In this document: positions 17,383-26,350 of the stretch, piece by piece
Numbering within the stretch: the stretch's first letter is position 1
Layout: every line of letters starts with the position of its first letter
Origin: a virus
Taxonomy: Duplodnaviria > Caudoviricetes
Reading direction: 5' to 3' (one strand)
Virus record (IMG/VR): IMGVR_UViG_3300025875_000036
Location: 1 to 53,211 of that record
DNA length: 53,211 bases
Position numbers and translations under genes: made by a program
Notes under the pieces: model-generated
Databases searched by the model: none
What the model saw: only the letters and a program-made list of their open reading frames with translations
What the model was told of the DNA's origin: nothing

Positions 17383-17435
17383 CTTGTTTATCTGATTTTA
17401 TAAATTATATTTGCGTATAACGGCGAGGGAAGCCG
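17383..17435 (+). promoter_or_regulatory. Capsid promoter followed by a GAGGGAA-loop hairpin
   Basis: CTTG at 17383, TATATTTG at 17406-17413 (no dyad box), then CGGC-GAGGGAA-GCCG at 17421-17435. Confidence 0.7.
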
Positions 17436-17473
17436 GATTAAAAATAAATTGTTTAACCTAACCATTTTAAAAA

Positions 17474-18517
17474 ATGTCTTTAGTAGCCACACTCATGCAA
17501 GAGTTTAGAACGGACTACACTGAGCAACTAGATAAACACGAAAACCGTGCTTCCCGTTACCGAGTGTATGACCTGTTCCGTCAACAAACTAACGCCGCAA
17601 ACAGTATTATAAGCGAGCAAACCCGAACCGCCATAAAGGACTCGTTCGGCAAAACCATTAAAATACCCGTCTTCCTTAACCAGGATGTGAGTATAGGTAA
17701 CGTCCGGACGTGTGCTATCCGTGCCGGGGAATCAACGAACGCGTTCGTGACCCTAACCTTTGCCACATTAGCGTTCGGGTTTAGCATGTTCCCGGCTGAG
17801 TACGGTAACAACGACACCTCTTACGCCCAGGACTGGAACAACCGGTTACGGGGTTACATCAATAAAATGAACGCTCACCTAGATACCCTGGGGATATCGT
17901 TTTTAAATATTAACCGGAACCAGTATTGGACGCCGGAAATAACCGCCGTTTACCCGGTTGTTAACAATGCTTTACAGGTAAGCAAAGCGGGAACCGAGGA
18001 CTTTTATAACCAAGCGAGCGCCATATTTGAGCAAATGGATTTTTATGACCGGATTGACGTAGCGGCTAACACCTTACATAAACCGGTTGTTAAACGTTTG
18101 ACAAACCAGGGCCAGGGCAACGATGTAAACGATGCTTTCCAGTTTAACGAGTACGACTTCGGTTATAGCAACCATATTTTAAACGGCCCCGGTATCGCCT
18201 CAACCGCTTATCTAGTTCAAAAAGGTAGCGTGGCAATGGAGAACCGGAACGACCGTGATGCTATCATGGGCCATAGTGCCGCCGGGGGCGGTAAACAATG
18301 GGGCCAGGAGTACGTGCCGGGTATAGGTTTGACAATGGGTACTTATTATACCGATGATTGTACAGACGCCTCAGCCCGTGTTGGCGCGGACGGTTTAACC
18401 CGTACAAAAGTAGAGAGCTTTGAATGGAGTACCGATATTTGTTTAATCGGTGCCTATAACAGCAACCCCGCCGGACGGTTCCAGCCGATACTTAAAGCCG
18501 AGTTTGCAGCGGCTTAA
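17474..18517 (+). CDS. Major capsid protein
   Basis: 347 aa; follows the scaffold with its own promoter and terminator; MSLVAT...SIIS...S.G.T..IPV...NVR.C recalls Bacteroides siphophage capsids. Confidence 0.85.
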   Translation: MSLVATLMQEFRTDYTEQLDKHENRASRYRVYDLFRQQTNAANSIISEQTRTAIKDSFGKTIKIPVFLNQDVSIGNVRTCAIRAGESTNAFVTLTFATLAFGFSMFPAEYGNNDTSYAQDWNNRLRGYINKMNAHLDTLGISFLNINRNQYWTPEITAVYPVVNNALQVSKAGTEDFYNQASAIFEQMDFYDRIDVAANTLHKPVVKRLTNQGQGNDVNDAFQFNEYDFGYSNHILNGPGIASTAYLVQKGSVAMENRNDRDAIMGHSAAGGGKQWGQEYVPGIGLTMGTYYTDDCTDASARVGADGLTRTKVESFEWSTDICLIGAYNSNPAGRFQPILKAEFAAA

Positions 18518-18544
18518 TAATTTTAATGTTTCATAGTTTCCTCC

Positions 18545-18577
18545 AAAAAGGCCCGTTTTTTTAAGACGGGTTTTTTT
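18545..18577 (+). terminator. Intrinsic terminator after the capsid gene
   Basis: AAAAAGGCCCGTTTT...AAGACGGGTTTTTTT. Confidence 0.8.
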
Positions 18578-18605
18578 GTTATATTTAATACCTAAATAAT
18601 ATACT

Positions 18606-18821
18606 ATGGCAGAAGTAAAACCGTACCGTATAATATATACTGATTGCACTAAGGTTGGTTACCCAACCGGAAGCCATATTGAATGGGCTTACGACGCCAC
18701 GGATGCACTGGTTCAATTTAAAGTTTCAAAACCGCCGGAGGATTATAATATACGGGTAATTACCCCGGCCCCAGAGGAGTTATCTAGCGTACAATTCATA
18801 AGCGACGAAAAGAATGTATAA
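18606..18821 (+). CDS. Hypothetical protein
   Basis: 71 aa; overlaps the next start. Confidence 0.6.
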   Translation: MAEVKPYRIIYTDCTKVGYPTGSHIEWAYDATDALVQFKVSKPPEDYNIRVITPAPEELSSVQFISDEKNV

Positions 18822-20163
18822 TTTAACAAAAATACAAGAGGGGTTATTCGGCCAGGTAGGGTACGCCCAAACCGCCAACCCTGATTACGGTTTGTTGCCC
18901 GCTGATTTAGTGGCATCGCGGAGCGGTTTGCGGGTTGATGAGGCCCATGCACTCCTTACCCGTTCAAATGTACATGCGTCAATAAATAGCGCCGAGTACG
19001 AGCATTACCCCGCCTGGCAATCGGGTACACCTTACCGGGTCGGGGACCGGGTTGCCCACAAGATGCAGCTGTGGGAGAGCTTAACCGGTAACGCGAGCAT
19101 GGCGGTGGTTGATGATGTAAACAATACTTTATTTATACCGTTGACGGAGGTAGGTAATACCCAAGAGCCTGGCACCGGTAACAACTGGCTCCCCTCAAGT
19201 TACCTCGGCCTCTATTTACGGGATGTAATGCGGGCGGCGATAAATGATGTAATAACAAAGGTTTTTATCGCTAATAAGTTAGATTTAAACACCCGCTCCC
19301 TATTCCAGCAAACGCAATTATTCCAGGCCACGGGTAACGGTGCCCACCTAATAATTAAGAGCGACCGCCTTGTCGGTTTAGAACTTGATTTAAAACAGGT
19401 TACGGATATAATCTTAAACGTGAGTAAGATAGGGTTACAAATTAACCGGCCCAACCCCGAGTTCCGGTTGTACCTGTTCCGCTCAACCGGGCGCGGGCGC
19501 AATATGCAAGAGATAAGACATTGGGATTTTAACATCGATAAACCGGGTTACTTTCAGTGGTTCCCGATTGATGATTTACCTTTAAGCCATTACACGGATA
19601 ACACCGGGGGGACTTTTATGTTTGCATATTTTGAGCCGGACTTTGAGGGACAGGCGGTTGAGGTTCAGCGCGACCTCTTGCTCGGCCCGTGCGGTGGTTG
19701 TAGCCCGGTAGAAAAGGACTCATTCTCAAAGTATAGCGAGTTTTTAAGTGTACACCCGTTCGGGTTCCCCGCCGGTAGTTATGACGGCACGGACATCGAG
19801 TACGGTGAGCAAAGCTATTACTATAACACCAACTTCGGCATTAACCTGGCATTTACCGCTCAGTGTGATTTGACGGAGTTTGTGCTACGTAATAAAAACT
19901 TATTTACTATCGCGATACAAAAAGCGGCGGCGGTACGGTTGCTCGAGGGTATTGCTTACAGTACGGAAAACAAAGGTTATTTAAACCAGGTTAAGGACAT
20001 AGCCCGCTACGAACTGGATAACAAGCCCGAGCATACGCCCGGCTTACGCAAAGAGTACGAGAACGCGTTAAAAGCATTAAGTTTTGATATGAGCGGGTTG
20101 AATAGCAGGTGCATCCCGTGTGCCCCCCGGCGGCGGGTAAGCCACGGGGTAATGGGTAAATAG
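18814..20163 (+). CDS. Virion structural protein, probable head-tail adaptor with a CBM5/12-like insert
   Basis: 449 aa; YPAWQSGTPYRVGDRV...WE..L...EPG...W is a chitin-binding-module-like motif; C-terminal C.PC. Confidence 0.65.
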   Translation: MYNLTKIQEGLFGQVGYAQTANPDYGLLPADLVASRSGLRVDEAHALLTRSNVHASINSAEYEHYPAWQSGTPYRVGDRVAHKMQLWESLTGNASMAVVDDVNNTLFIPLTEVGNTQEPGTGNNWLPSSYLGLYLRDVMRAAINDVITKVFIANKLDLNTRSLFQQTQLFQATGNGAHLIIKSDRLVGLELDLKQVTDIILNVSKIGLQINRPNPEFRLYLFRSTGRGRNMQEIRHWDFNIDKPGYFQWFPIDDLPLSHYTDNTGGTFMFAYFEPDFEGQAVEVQRDLLLGPCGGCSPVEKDSFSKYSEFLSVHPFGFPAGSYDGTDIEYGEQSYYYNTNFGINLAFTAQCDLTEFVLRNKNLFTIAIQKAAAVRLLEGIAYSTENKGYLNQVKDIARYELDNKPEHTPGLRKEYENALKALSFDMSGLNSRCIPCAPRRRVSHGVMGK

Positions 20164-20207
20164 TTAAAATAAATCCCGGTATATTTAGTATTAGAGGGTA
20201 AGTTTTG

Positions 20208-20227
20208 CGTATATTTGTAAATACACC
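20208..20227 (+). promoter_or_regulatory. Promoter with degenerate dyad box, copy 5, inside the structural module
   Basis: CGTATATTTGTAAATACACC. Confidence 0.7.
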
Positions 20228-20242
20228 TTTTAAAATTGCTTT

Positions 20243-20500
20243 ATGGTTGAGGAGCTGACATCATTTGAGCGGGCTAAAATATCAAACTTAATACCGGAGC
20301 TGGCCCAGCGTACCGGCATTAGTTATAAAAAACTGGCGGCTATACTTTGCCCGCCTAAAAAAGATTACGGCCCCGGCACGGTTGTACGTATACCAATGAA
20401 GGAGGGCTGGGCTTACGAGCTAAGACAAGACCCAACCGGCTTATTATTAAAGGATGTAAGATATGAACGCGATTCAATTATTAAAGCGACGTTTACTTAG
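20243..20500 (+). CDS. Moron-like small protein with HTH-like N-terminus
   Basis: IPELAQRTGISYKKLAAIL; has its own promoter. Confidence 0.6.
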   Translation: MVEELTSFERAKISNLIPELAQRTGISYKKLAAILCPPKKDYGPGTVVRIPMKEGWAYELRQDPTGLLLKDVRYERDSIIKATFT

Positions 20501-20912
20501 TATACCTATTGAGTTAATGATACGGGATGCCGCTGAGGCTAATAAAGACGTTATCGAGGATATGAACTCCCAGCAGTTGTTAAAAGGTACGTATACCAGC
20601 GGGCGCGACATTACCCCTACATACCGGAACCCGATATACGCAGCCGCTAAACAGTTTATGAACGCCCGGCCCAAGCCCGGTGTACCGGATATTAAATTGA
20701 CCGGCGCTTACCATGAATCGATAACCGCTACCGTAACCGGCGGCGGTATTAGCATGGAGGCAACGGATGAAAAAGCCCAGGATTTAGAGGATAAATACGG
20801 GAACGAGTTAATAGGTTTAAGCGAGGAGAGCAGGGGTGAGCTCGCACACGGTTATATTAAGCCCCATGTACTAGAACAGGTTTATGATTATTTGAGCAGA
20901 TGGAGGCAGTAA
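20463..20912 (+). CDS. Neck/tail-completion protein
   Basis: QLLKG...G..I.P.Y...L..TG.Y..SI...L..KYG..LIGL pattern typical of neck proteins. Confidence 0.65.
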   Translation: MNAIQLLKRRLLSIPIELMIRDAAEANKDVIEDMNSQQLLKGTYTSGRDITPTYRNPIYAAAKQFMNARPKPGVPDIKLTGAYHESITATVTGGGISMEATDEKAQDLEDKYGNELIGLSEESRGELAHGYIKPHVLEQVYDYLSRWRQ

Positions 20913-21193
20913 AAAACGAGCAGGAGCTTACTATGATTTATCGGGACATGGATACTAAAGAGGTATACGAGCACCGGAAAATAATTTTATTAAGCAACGT
21001 TACAAGTATTGAGGAGTATGTTGATAAATGGCTAAACGACAAGGACGAGAGGCCTAAAAGTCTTGTTTACTGGTCGGACAACGAGCGGCCCGGTTGTTTC
21101 CTTATTGCTTACGAGCTGTTTAAGGACAAGTGGCTAAAGTATCGCAACGAGAACTCGTCTAACATTAAGTATAATAAATTTTTTGAGGGTTGA
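20900..21193 (+). CDS. Hypothetical protein
   Basis: 97-aa ORF. Confidence 0.6.
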   Translation: MEAVKNEQELTMIYRDMDTKEVYEHRKIILLSNVTSIEEYVDKWLNDKDERPKSLVYWSDNERPGCFLIAYELFKDKWLKYRNENSSNIKYNKFFEG

Positions 21194-21194
21194 T

Positions 21195-21965
21195 ATGATA
21201 TATAAAAACATATTTGATTTAATAGGCTCGGCCCAACAGGTTGATATTATTAAACAGGCTATCGATAAAATACATTTCCCGTGGGACCGGATACGCCCGC
21301 CCGGCGGGGTTTTTAAAATCGGCTGGGCTAACCTAAATAGCGGCACGGGCTTGTATAAGGTAAACAACGAGCGGCACCACAAGGGGCACAATGACGGGCC
21401 ACAGGCTATTAACGGTACTTTACACGGGCGCGAATATGTTATGGGAGTATTTTACCCGCATAACGGCGACATATACCTTGATAGCAAGTTGGTTTTATAC
21501 CCCCACCTCGCCCAGGCCACGGTTAGCGCCGAAATGGCCCATTTAGTTGATGAGTACCTACCTTTAACCGAGGCCCAGCGACACGACCTCCATAAACTGA
21601 TGCACCTTGACGGTTTAATACCGCGTAGTGAGGGAGCTGGGTATTGGTTTGAGCGGGTTGATTATAGTACGGAGTACTTTAGTTTACCCGGCGAGTTTTT
21701 TATGGCCCAGTTTACTTTGGCTTATAGCGATATGCCGTTTGATGCCGGTTCCTTCTCTCACTCAATGCCTAAAAGCTCAATCCCTCGGGTACGGCAAATA
21801 ATAGGTATCGAGCGGACGGACTTAGTACCGGCCCCGCCGAAAGTAACTTATAAACGCCTGGGCACCGGCAAAACTTATCACCGCCTTACCCATTACCCGG
21901 CTAAACCCGGCAAACAAATCACCGACACCACGGGCCTTTACCCGTGTAAAACCTGTAAACCGTGA
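21195..21965 (+). CDS. Zincin-like protein with a variant AEMAH motif and C-terminal YH...CxxC domain
   Basis: G.FYP..G.IYL...TVSAEMAHLVD...E.F...F; the tail GKTYH...GLYPCKTCKP resembles an Ada-type metal-binding motif. Confidence 0.55.
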   Translation: MIYKNIFDLIGSAQQVDIIKQAIDKIHFPWDRIRPPGGVFKIGWANLNSGTGLYKVNNERHHKGHNDGPQAINGTLHGREYVMGVFYPHNGDIYLDSKLVLYPHLAQATVSAEMAHLVDEYLPLTEAQRHDLHKLMHLDGLIPRSEGAGYWFERVDYSTEYFSLPGEFFMAQFTLAYSDMPFDAGSFSHSMPKSSIPRVRQIIGIERTDLVPAPPKVTYKRLGTGKTYHRLTHYPAKPGKQITDTTGLYPCKTCKP

Positions 21966-22234
21966 AGCCTAAACGACCAAAACGGCTTAAGCTAATAAGC
22001 CACCGGATACGGCTCGGTAAGCCTTTACGCCTGGGTACTTATTATAGGCCCGGCCCGCCCGGCGAGGTGAGGGAGCCTATTTATTTTCCTATTAATCAAC
22101 AAATTATATTTATTATACCCGAGGACTTTAATGGACTATTTAAACCCCAAAATACCGATAATAGAGAACCCGATAAACCTGGATGCAGCCATAGCTCAGC
22201 TCCAGGAGATTTTAGGTCAACTCCCCTGGCTTGA
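21962..22234 (+). CDS. Doubtful basic hypothetical protein
   Basis: GTGA coupling to the upstream stop, but overlaps the next gene by 104 nt. Confidence 0.3.
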   Translation: MKPKRPKRLKLISHRIRLGKPLRLGTYYRPGPPGEVREPIYFPINQQIIFIIPEDFNGLFKPQNTDNREPDKPGCSHSSAPGDFRSTPLA

Positions 22235-22706
22235 GCGGGTGTACGGGCGGGCCACCACGGGGATAGTTAAAAACATAGTAAGCCGGGAATATAAATACCC
22301 CGAGGTATACGCGGGTAAAGGTGCCTATTTGATACTGGAGCCTAATAACTATTTAAGCGCCCACGCCTTTTTTAGAGTTGAGGGGAGCCAGCAAGCGGTT
22401 GAATGGAAGCCGTACATCAAAAACACCTATAAGCAAACCCTCAGTATAATCTTATGGGCTAACTTAGAAAAGGTAAGTAAGCGCGACCCCGAGATGGCTT
22501 TTAAACACCGGTACACCGAGGAGATAAAGAACGCCGTTTTGCGTAAACTAGAGAAGCAATCAAAATTTTTTATCGGGCGGGTGTACGAGGCACCGGGAGA
22601 CGTGTTTAACGGTTATAACTATAACCATGCCGACAATCAAACTTTTAAACATCCCGAGTACGGCTTACGTATCGAGGGGCTTTTACACTATGACGAGGTC
22701 TGTTAA
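22131..22706 (+). CDS. Tail terminator / neck protein (probable)
   Basis: 191 aa; LPWL...YGRA...P.VY and HP..GLRIEG motifs; position before the chaperones. Confidence 0.6.
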   Translation: MDYLNPKIPIIENPINLDAAIAQLQEILGQLPWLERVYGRATTGIVKNIVSREYKYPEVYAGKGAYLILEPNNYLSAHAFFRVEGSQQAVEWKPYIKNTYKQTLSIILWANLEKVSKRDPEMAFKHRYTEEIKNAVLRKLEKQSKFFIGRVYEAPGDVFNGYNYNHADNQTFKHPEYGLRIEGLLHYDEVC

Positions 22707-22708
22707 TT

Positions 22709-22924
22709 ATGGAAGAAAAGTATTTTAATAAATTATTGAGGCGGGTTGCCACGGGCGACCTTGACCCGGTGGCCGGGGTGTACATTACCCAAGACCAGTA
22801 CGACACTTTAAAAAAGGTCGTTGACAGCAAATTAGGTGCCGCCGCCGTTACCCCGTTTAAGCGGAACGATTACTTGTATTTTTTAGAGCAAGCTAAAACC
22901 CGTATAAAAGAGGAAGTAAAATAA
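22709..22924 (+). CDS. Hypothetical protein
   Basis: 71 aa; TAATG coupling to the next gene. Confidence 0.6.
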   Translation: MEEKYFNKLLRRVATGDLDPVAGVYITQDQYDTLKKVVDSKLGAAAVTPFKRNDYLYFLEQAKTRIKEEVK

Positions 22925-23190
22925 TGATAAGTAACTATTTGCAGTTCCTAATATTTGCCGCCGGTACTAACGCGTTCGCGATGCATATACTTTATAAGTA
23001 TGACACCCCCCGGTTATACGATTACCACCGCCCCGTATGGTTCCCCGAGTGGTGCGACCCGTGTTGCGCTTTTTGGCTCGGTATGATTGCCGCCGTTGCA
23101 ACCTTTTTGGTTTGGCCCGCTTTGTTTAGCTGGCTTATATTTTTATTAGTGCCCGCCCTGGCCGCGTTCACCCTTTATATTTTAAGGTAG
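22924..23190 (+). CDS. Small membrane protein with C..C..FW motif
   Basis: 88 aa; three hydrophobic segments; WCDPCCAFW. Confidence 0.7.
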   Translation: MISNYLQFLIFAAGTNAFAMHILYKYDTPRLYDYHRPVWFPEWCDPCCAFWLGMIAAVATFLVWPALFSWLIFLLVPALAAFTLYILR

Positions 23191-23191
23191 C

Positions 23192-23455
23192 ATGGAGCGG
23201 ATAGCTTTACCGGGCGGTTATACCGTTGTCCAGGATTACACTAAAGAGGGGGAGCCTGTTTATATTGTGAGCGATAGGGGTGAGCGGGGTATTTTGCCGT
23301 TGGGGGTATTTATTAGCTCAACCGATGCCTCGCCTGATGTTTACGATGAGAACCGCCGATCTATTGACAGGGTTATACTCGGCGCTAAACGTTTAATACA
23401 CTATGAGCGCGGAGGCCTTACTAAAATTACAAGAGCTGATTTAGAACACGAGTAA
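23192..23455 (+). CDS. Hypothetical protein
   Basis: 87 aa, coupled on both sides. Confidence 0.6.
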   Translation: MERIALPGGYTVVQDYTKEGEPVYIVSDRGERGILPLGVFISSTDASPDVYDENRRSIDRVILGAKRLIHYERGGLTKITRADLEHE

Positions 23456-23904
23456 TGAGGGAACTAACATTAATTAAAAGCGGTATTACGGTCGGGGTGT
23501 ACGATGATATACATGAGTTACCCGAGTATAAGCTAATAGCTTTCCAGATTGCTTTAATGCAAGACGCCGGTATGGGGAGCAGCATTGAGGACGTCGACGC
23601 CCGGTTAGCCAAGTATGATAGTTTTTGCAGCGCGGGCAAATTGCCGGAGGCATTACGGGAGCGGGCTAACATGCGTTTGGGTATGTTTTTCCTCTTAGAG
23701 GGGGTAAGTACTAAGGCACTCGCCCTGGCCAACTTAGTAGCAACAATCGGCGGGGTGCCGGTAGCGGATGCAACGGATGAGGATATACTTAAAATAAGCC
23801 GGGTATTAATTAGCGGCGGTATTACCCACGGGGAACTTACCGGGTTAATAGATACCATAAAAAAAAAATTAACGGAGAGATTGAGCTATATTACCCCGAG
23901 TTAA
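23455..23904 (+). CDS. Tail assembly chaperone (gpG analogue)
   Basis: 149 aa ending IKKKL over an A10 slippery run. Confidence 0.7.
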   Translation: MRELTLIKSGITVGVYDDIHELPEYKLIAFQIALMQDAGMGSSIEDVDARLAKYDSFCSAGKLPEALRERANMRLGMFFLLEGVSTKALALANLVATIGGVPVADATDEDILKISRVLISGGITHGELTGLIDTIKKKLTERLSYITPS

Positions 23905-24239
23905 CGGAAAGCGATGCCGCCTTTGATTTTGCCATAAATGTTATCCAGCGGGCCTTGTTTAAAATAAAGACGGTAACCCAACCCGATTACCCCGGCTTAA
24001 TGGAGCAGATAGCAAAACTAAACGATTGGTTATTAACCCAGGCCCGGCCCCATAACTTTAACCCCGACGATGCCAAAAATATTATGGTGCAACAAGAGCG
24101 CTCGTTCGTTGAGGCTTGTACCGTGTTAGAGGCGGCGGGCGTACCACAACCGGAGCGCTTACCGGTATTTAAATTTTTAGCGCGGGTAAAATACTTTAAG
24201 GACAAAAACAGTAAACAACAGGACAATGAAAGAGTATAG
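23455..24239 (+). CDS. Tail assembly chaperone -1 frameshift product (gpGT analogue, ~261 aa)
   Basis: The -1 frame is open from the A-run at 23859-23868 through the 23955-24239 ORF (KKINGEIELYYPELTESDAAFDFAINVIQRALFKIK...). Confidence 0.7.
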
Positions 24240-25032
24240 CATCGAAAAGTTCCCTAAAAACAAAAAAGAGGACTCAAACCTGTTATCAAGAGAGCAAAAA
24301 CTAATAAGGTTAAAGTCTACTAAAAAGGTCTATACATACGGCGGGACGTTACAATGTAAAAGATGTACTACGGTTTTACCCATTACCGAGTTTTATGTAG
24401 CTAACAAGGAAACAGGACGGAGACACACCACGTGCCGGGATTGCAAATTAAAAGCGGCTGGCGTTCTGGAGGTGGGTAAACTAAGGTTCGCAAAAAAAAT
24501 ATTAACTAAAGGATTCAGGAGATGTAGTATTTGTAAAAACATCCAGCCCATTATTAATTTTTGTAATAGCAAATACGGTTCTTATGGCAAATCCAACACG
24601 TGCCGGGCTTGCTCCTACACCATGAGCCGGGAGTTTATAATCAAACATAAAAGCAACTTAAAGCCCGAGCCCAAATACTTTTTTAACGACCTAAAGTTTT
24701 TTACTAAAGAATCATTTGCCAACTACATTGCCGCCGAGTATAACTTAAAGCCGGATACGGTGTTAAAAAGAATAAAGGCCGGATACTCCAACGATAAGTT
24801 AGTATTAACCACCGGCTCAGCCCGGAGCATGGCGTACACCCAGGGCAAAATAAAGGTAACCGATACAATTACCGGGCAAACCCTTGTATTTACTAATACA
24901 TCGGATAAAGGCTTGACATCGATGTTTAGCGGCTCGGCGGTGCTTAAAGGTATAAGGACCGGCACCCCGACAAAGGTTACCAGTTTAAGCAAATATAAAA
25001 ACCCTTGTATTATTGAGAGAATAAAAGAATGA
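24226..25032 (+). CDS. Zn-finger repeat protein resembling the DNA-binding part of a homing endonuclease
   Basis: Two CxxC-x~20-CxxC units, a helix-turn-helix-like segment and a NUMOD-like C-terminus; no clear catalytic HNH or GIY-YIG motif. Confidence 0.6.
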   Translation: MKEYSIEKFPKNKKEDSNLLSREQKLIRLKSTKKVYTYGGTLQCKRCTTVLPITEFYVANKETGRRHTTCRDCKLKAAGVLEVGKLRFAKKILTKGFRRCSICKNIQPIINFCNSKYGSYGKSNTCRACSYTMSREFIIKHKSNLKPEPKYFFNDLKFFTKESFANYIAAEYNLKPDTVLKRIKAGYSNDKLVLTTGSARSMAYTQGKIKVTDTITGQTLVFTNTSDKGLTSMFSGSAVLKGIRTGTPTKVTSLSKYKNPCIIERIKE

Positions 25033-25050
25033 TATTTAATTTAAAAAAGC

Positions 25051-25413
25051 ATGAAACTAACTAACATATTAACCGGCACACTTACCCAGGGCAAATTATT
25101 AAAAGCCTGTTTATTAGCCGTCTTTATCCTCGGCACCTTTGTATCTATCCGCTCGTGCGTACAACGGGAACAGGTTGCCGCCGTTACCCGTAGCAATACT
25201 AAAACCTCTATCATCGACAGCGTCAAGACAGCTGAGCGCCGTATAGTAATAGACAGCTTAAAGGGAGAGCTAAAAAAAGGTGATAGCCTCCGCATAGTAG
25301 TAAACAACCTTAAAAAAGTAAACACTAATTTAACTAAGCAAAATGAGAAAAATCGCAAAAAGTATGACAGCCTTAATGCTGTTTTACGCTGGGTTCTCCG
25401 CCCCCGCTTTTAG
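25051..25413 (+). CDS. Spanin-like membrane/lipoprotein with coiled coil
   Basis: N-terminal TM ending SIRSC, then a coiled coil; overlaps the next gene by 71 nt. Confidence 0.5.
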   Translation: MKLTNILTGTLTQGKLLKACLLAVFILGTFVSIRSCVQREQVAAVTRSNTKTSIIDSVKTAERRIVIDSLKGELKKGDSLRIVVNNLKKVNTNLTKQNEKNRKKYDSLNAVLRWVLRPRF

Positions 25414-25831
25414 CCAGGTTGTAACGGACCCGTACACCCTATTAACAAGGGGCCAGCCGTCACCCTACGACACCGCCGTCGCCATACAAGTTAAAACGTA
25501 CCGAACGGAGACACTTAAAATGGAGCAAGCCGATAAGGTTATCAATGATTTACAAATCTCCAACAACTACTTAAAACAAACCCTATACCAGGCAGAGCTA
25601 AAAAGTAAGCAAAGCGAGGCGGTTCAGGCTAAAATTATCAGTGAGCAGGGTAAACAAATGGCAGAGGATGCCAAAACAAAAGAGGACTTTAAAAGGCAAT
25701 TTGATAAACTCGCTAAAGTAGCAAACCGCCCGCGAGGGTTTTTTAGGTCACCCGCCCTCTGGGGCACAATAGGGGCCGTATTAGGCGGGGCCGCATACCA
25801 CGGGATACATACATTTATTTTAAAACACTAA
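25343..25831 (+). CDS. Spanin-like secreted coiled-coil protein with C-terminal TM
   Basis: Signal peptide ending AFS-Q, coiled coil, then hydrophobic WGTIGAVLGGAAY. Confidence 0.5.
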   Translation: MRKIAKSMTALMLFYAGFSAPAFSQVVTDPYTLLTRGQPSPYDTAVAIQVKTYRTETLKMEQADKVINDLQISNNYLKQTLYQAELKSKQSEAVQAKIISEQGKQMAEDAKTKEDFKRQFDKLAKVANRPRGFFRSPALWGTIGAVLGGAAYHGIHTFILKH

Positions 25832-25835
25832 CACT

Positions 25836-26342
25836 ATGAACCAACCGAGTTTGAGTAAATCAGTAACAGTATTAGTAAAGTTTTTAAAAGAGGACGCCGA
25901 CTACCGAGAAGGGTGGTTGGCTAACATAGCAATGGCGTTCTCGGATGCTATCGCAAACGAGCTCGGGCCGGACATGAGCGGGGAGCTAACCCCGAACGAT
26001 ATACACCGGTTAAGCAATAAAGCGGCTAATGATTTTATAAACCGGCTTTGTACTACGGTAGAGCATAGTAATTTAATAGAGCCTGAGCCTGAACCCCAGC
26101 CGATGAGCCGTATTGATAAAGTAACGTTTGCAGATTTGTTTGATTTTACCGATGATGCACCGCTTAAAGAGGCCACGGATGCGATACAAGCCTTAAACAT
26201 AGTAGTAAACCAGATGCAGGGTAAACTGGAGGCGCTAAAATATAAACCGGTTAAACAAAGCAGCTTTAAGAAAGATTTATTACTTTTAGCGGCCACCGGT
26301 ATTGTTGCCGCCTTTGCACGGGCGTTGGCAAAGCCTAAATAA
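25836..26342 (+). CDS. Two-part protein whose C-terminal half copies the tape-measure N-terminus and ends in a TM helix
   Basis: DKVTFADLFDFTDDAPLKEA vs TMP DKISFSDLFDFGNDGELTKA; in-frame ATG at 26103. Confidence 0.7.
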   Translation: MNQPSLSKSVTVLVKFLKEDADYREGWLANIAMAFSDAIANELGPDMSGELTPNDIHRLSNKAANDFINRLCTTVEHSNLIEPEPEPQPMSRIDKVTFADLFDFTDDAPLKEATDAIQALNIVVNQMQGKLEALKYKPVKQSSFKKDLLLLAATGIVAAFARALAKPK

Positions 26343-26350
26343 AAAGCCTA

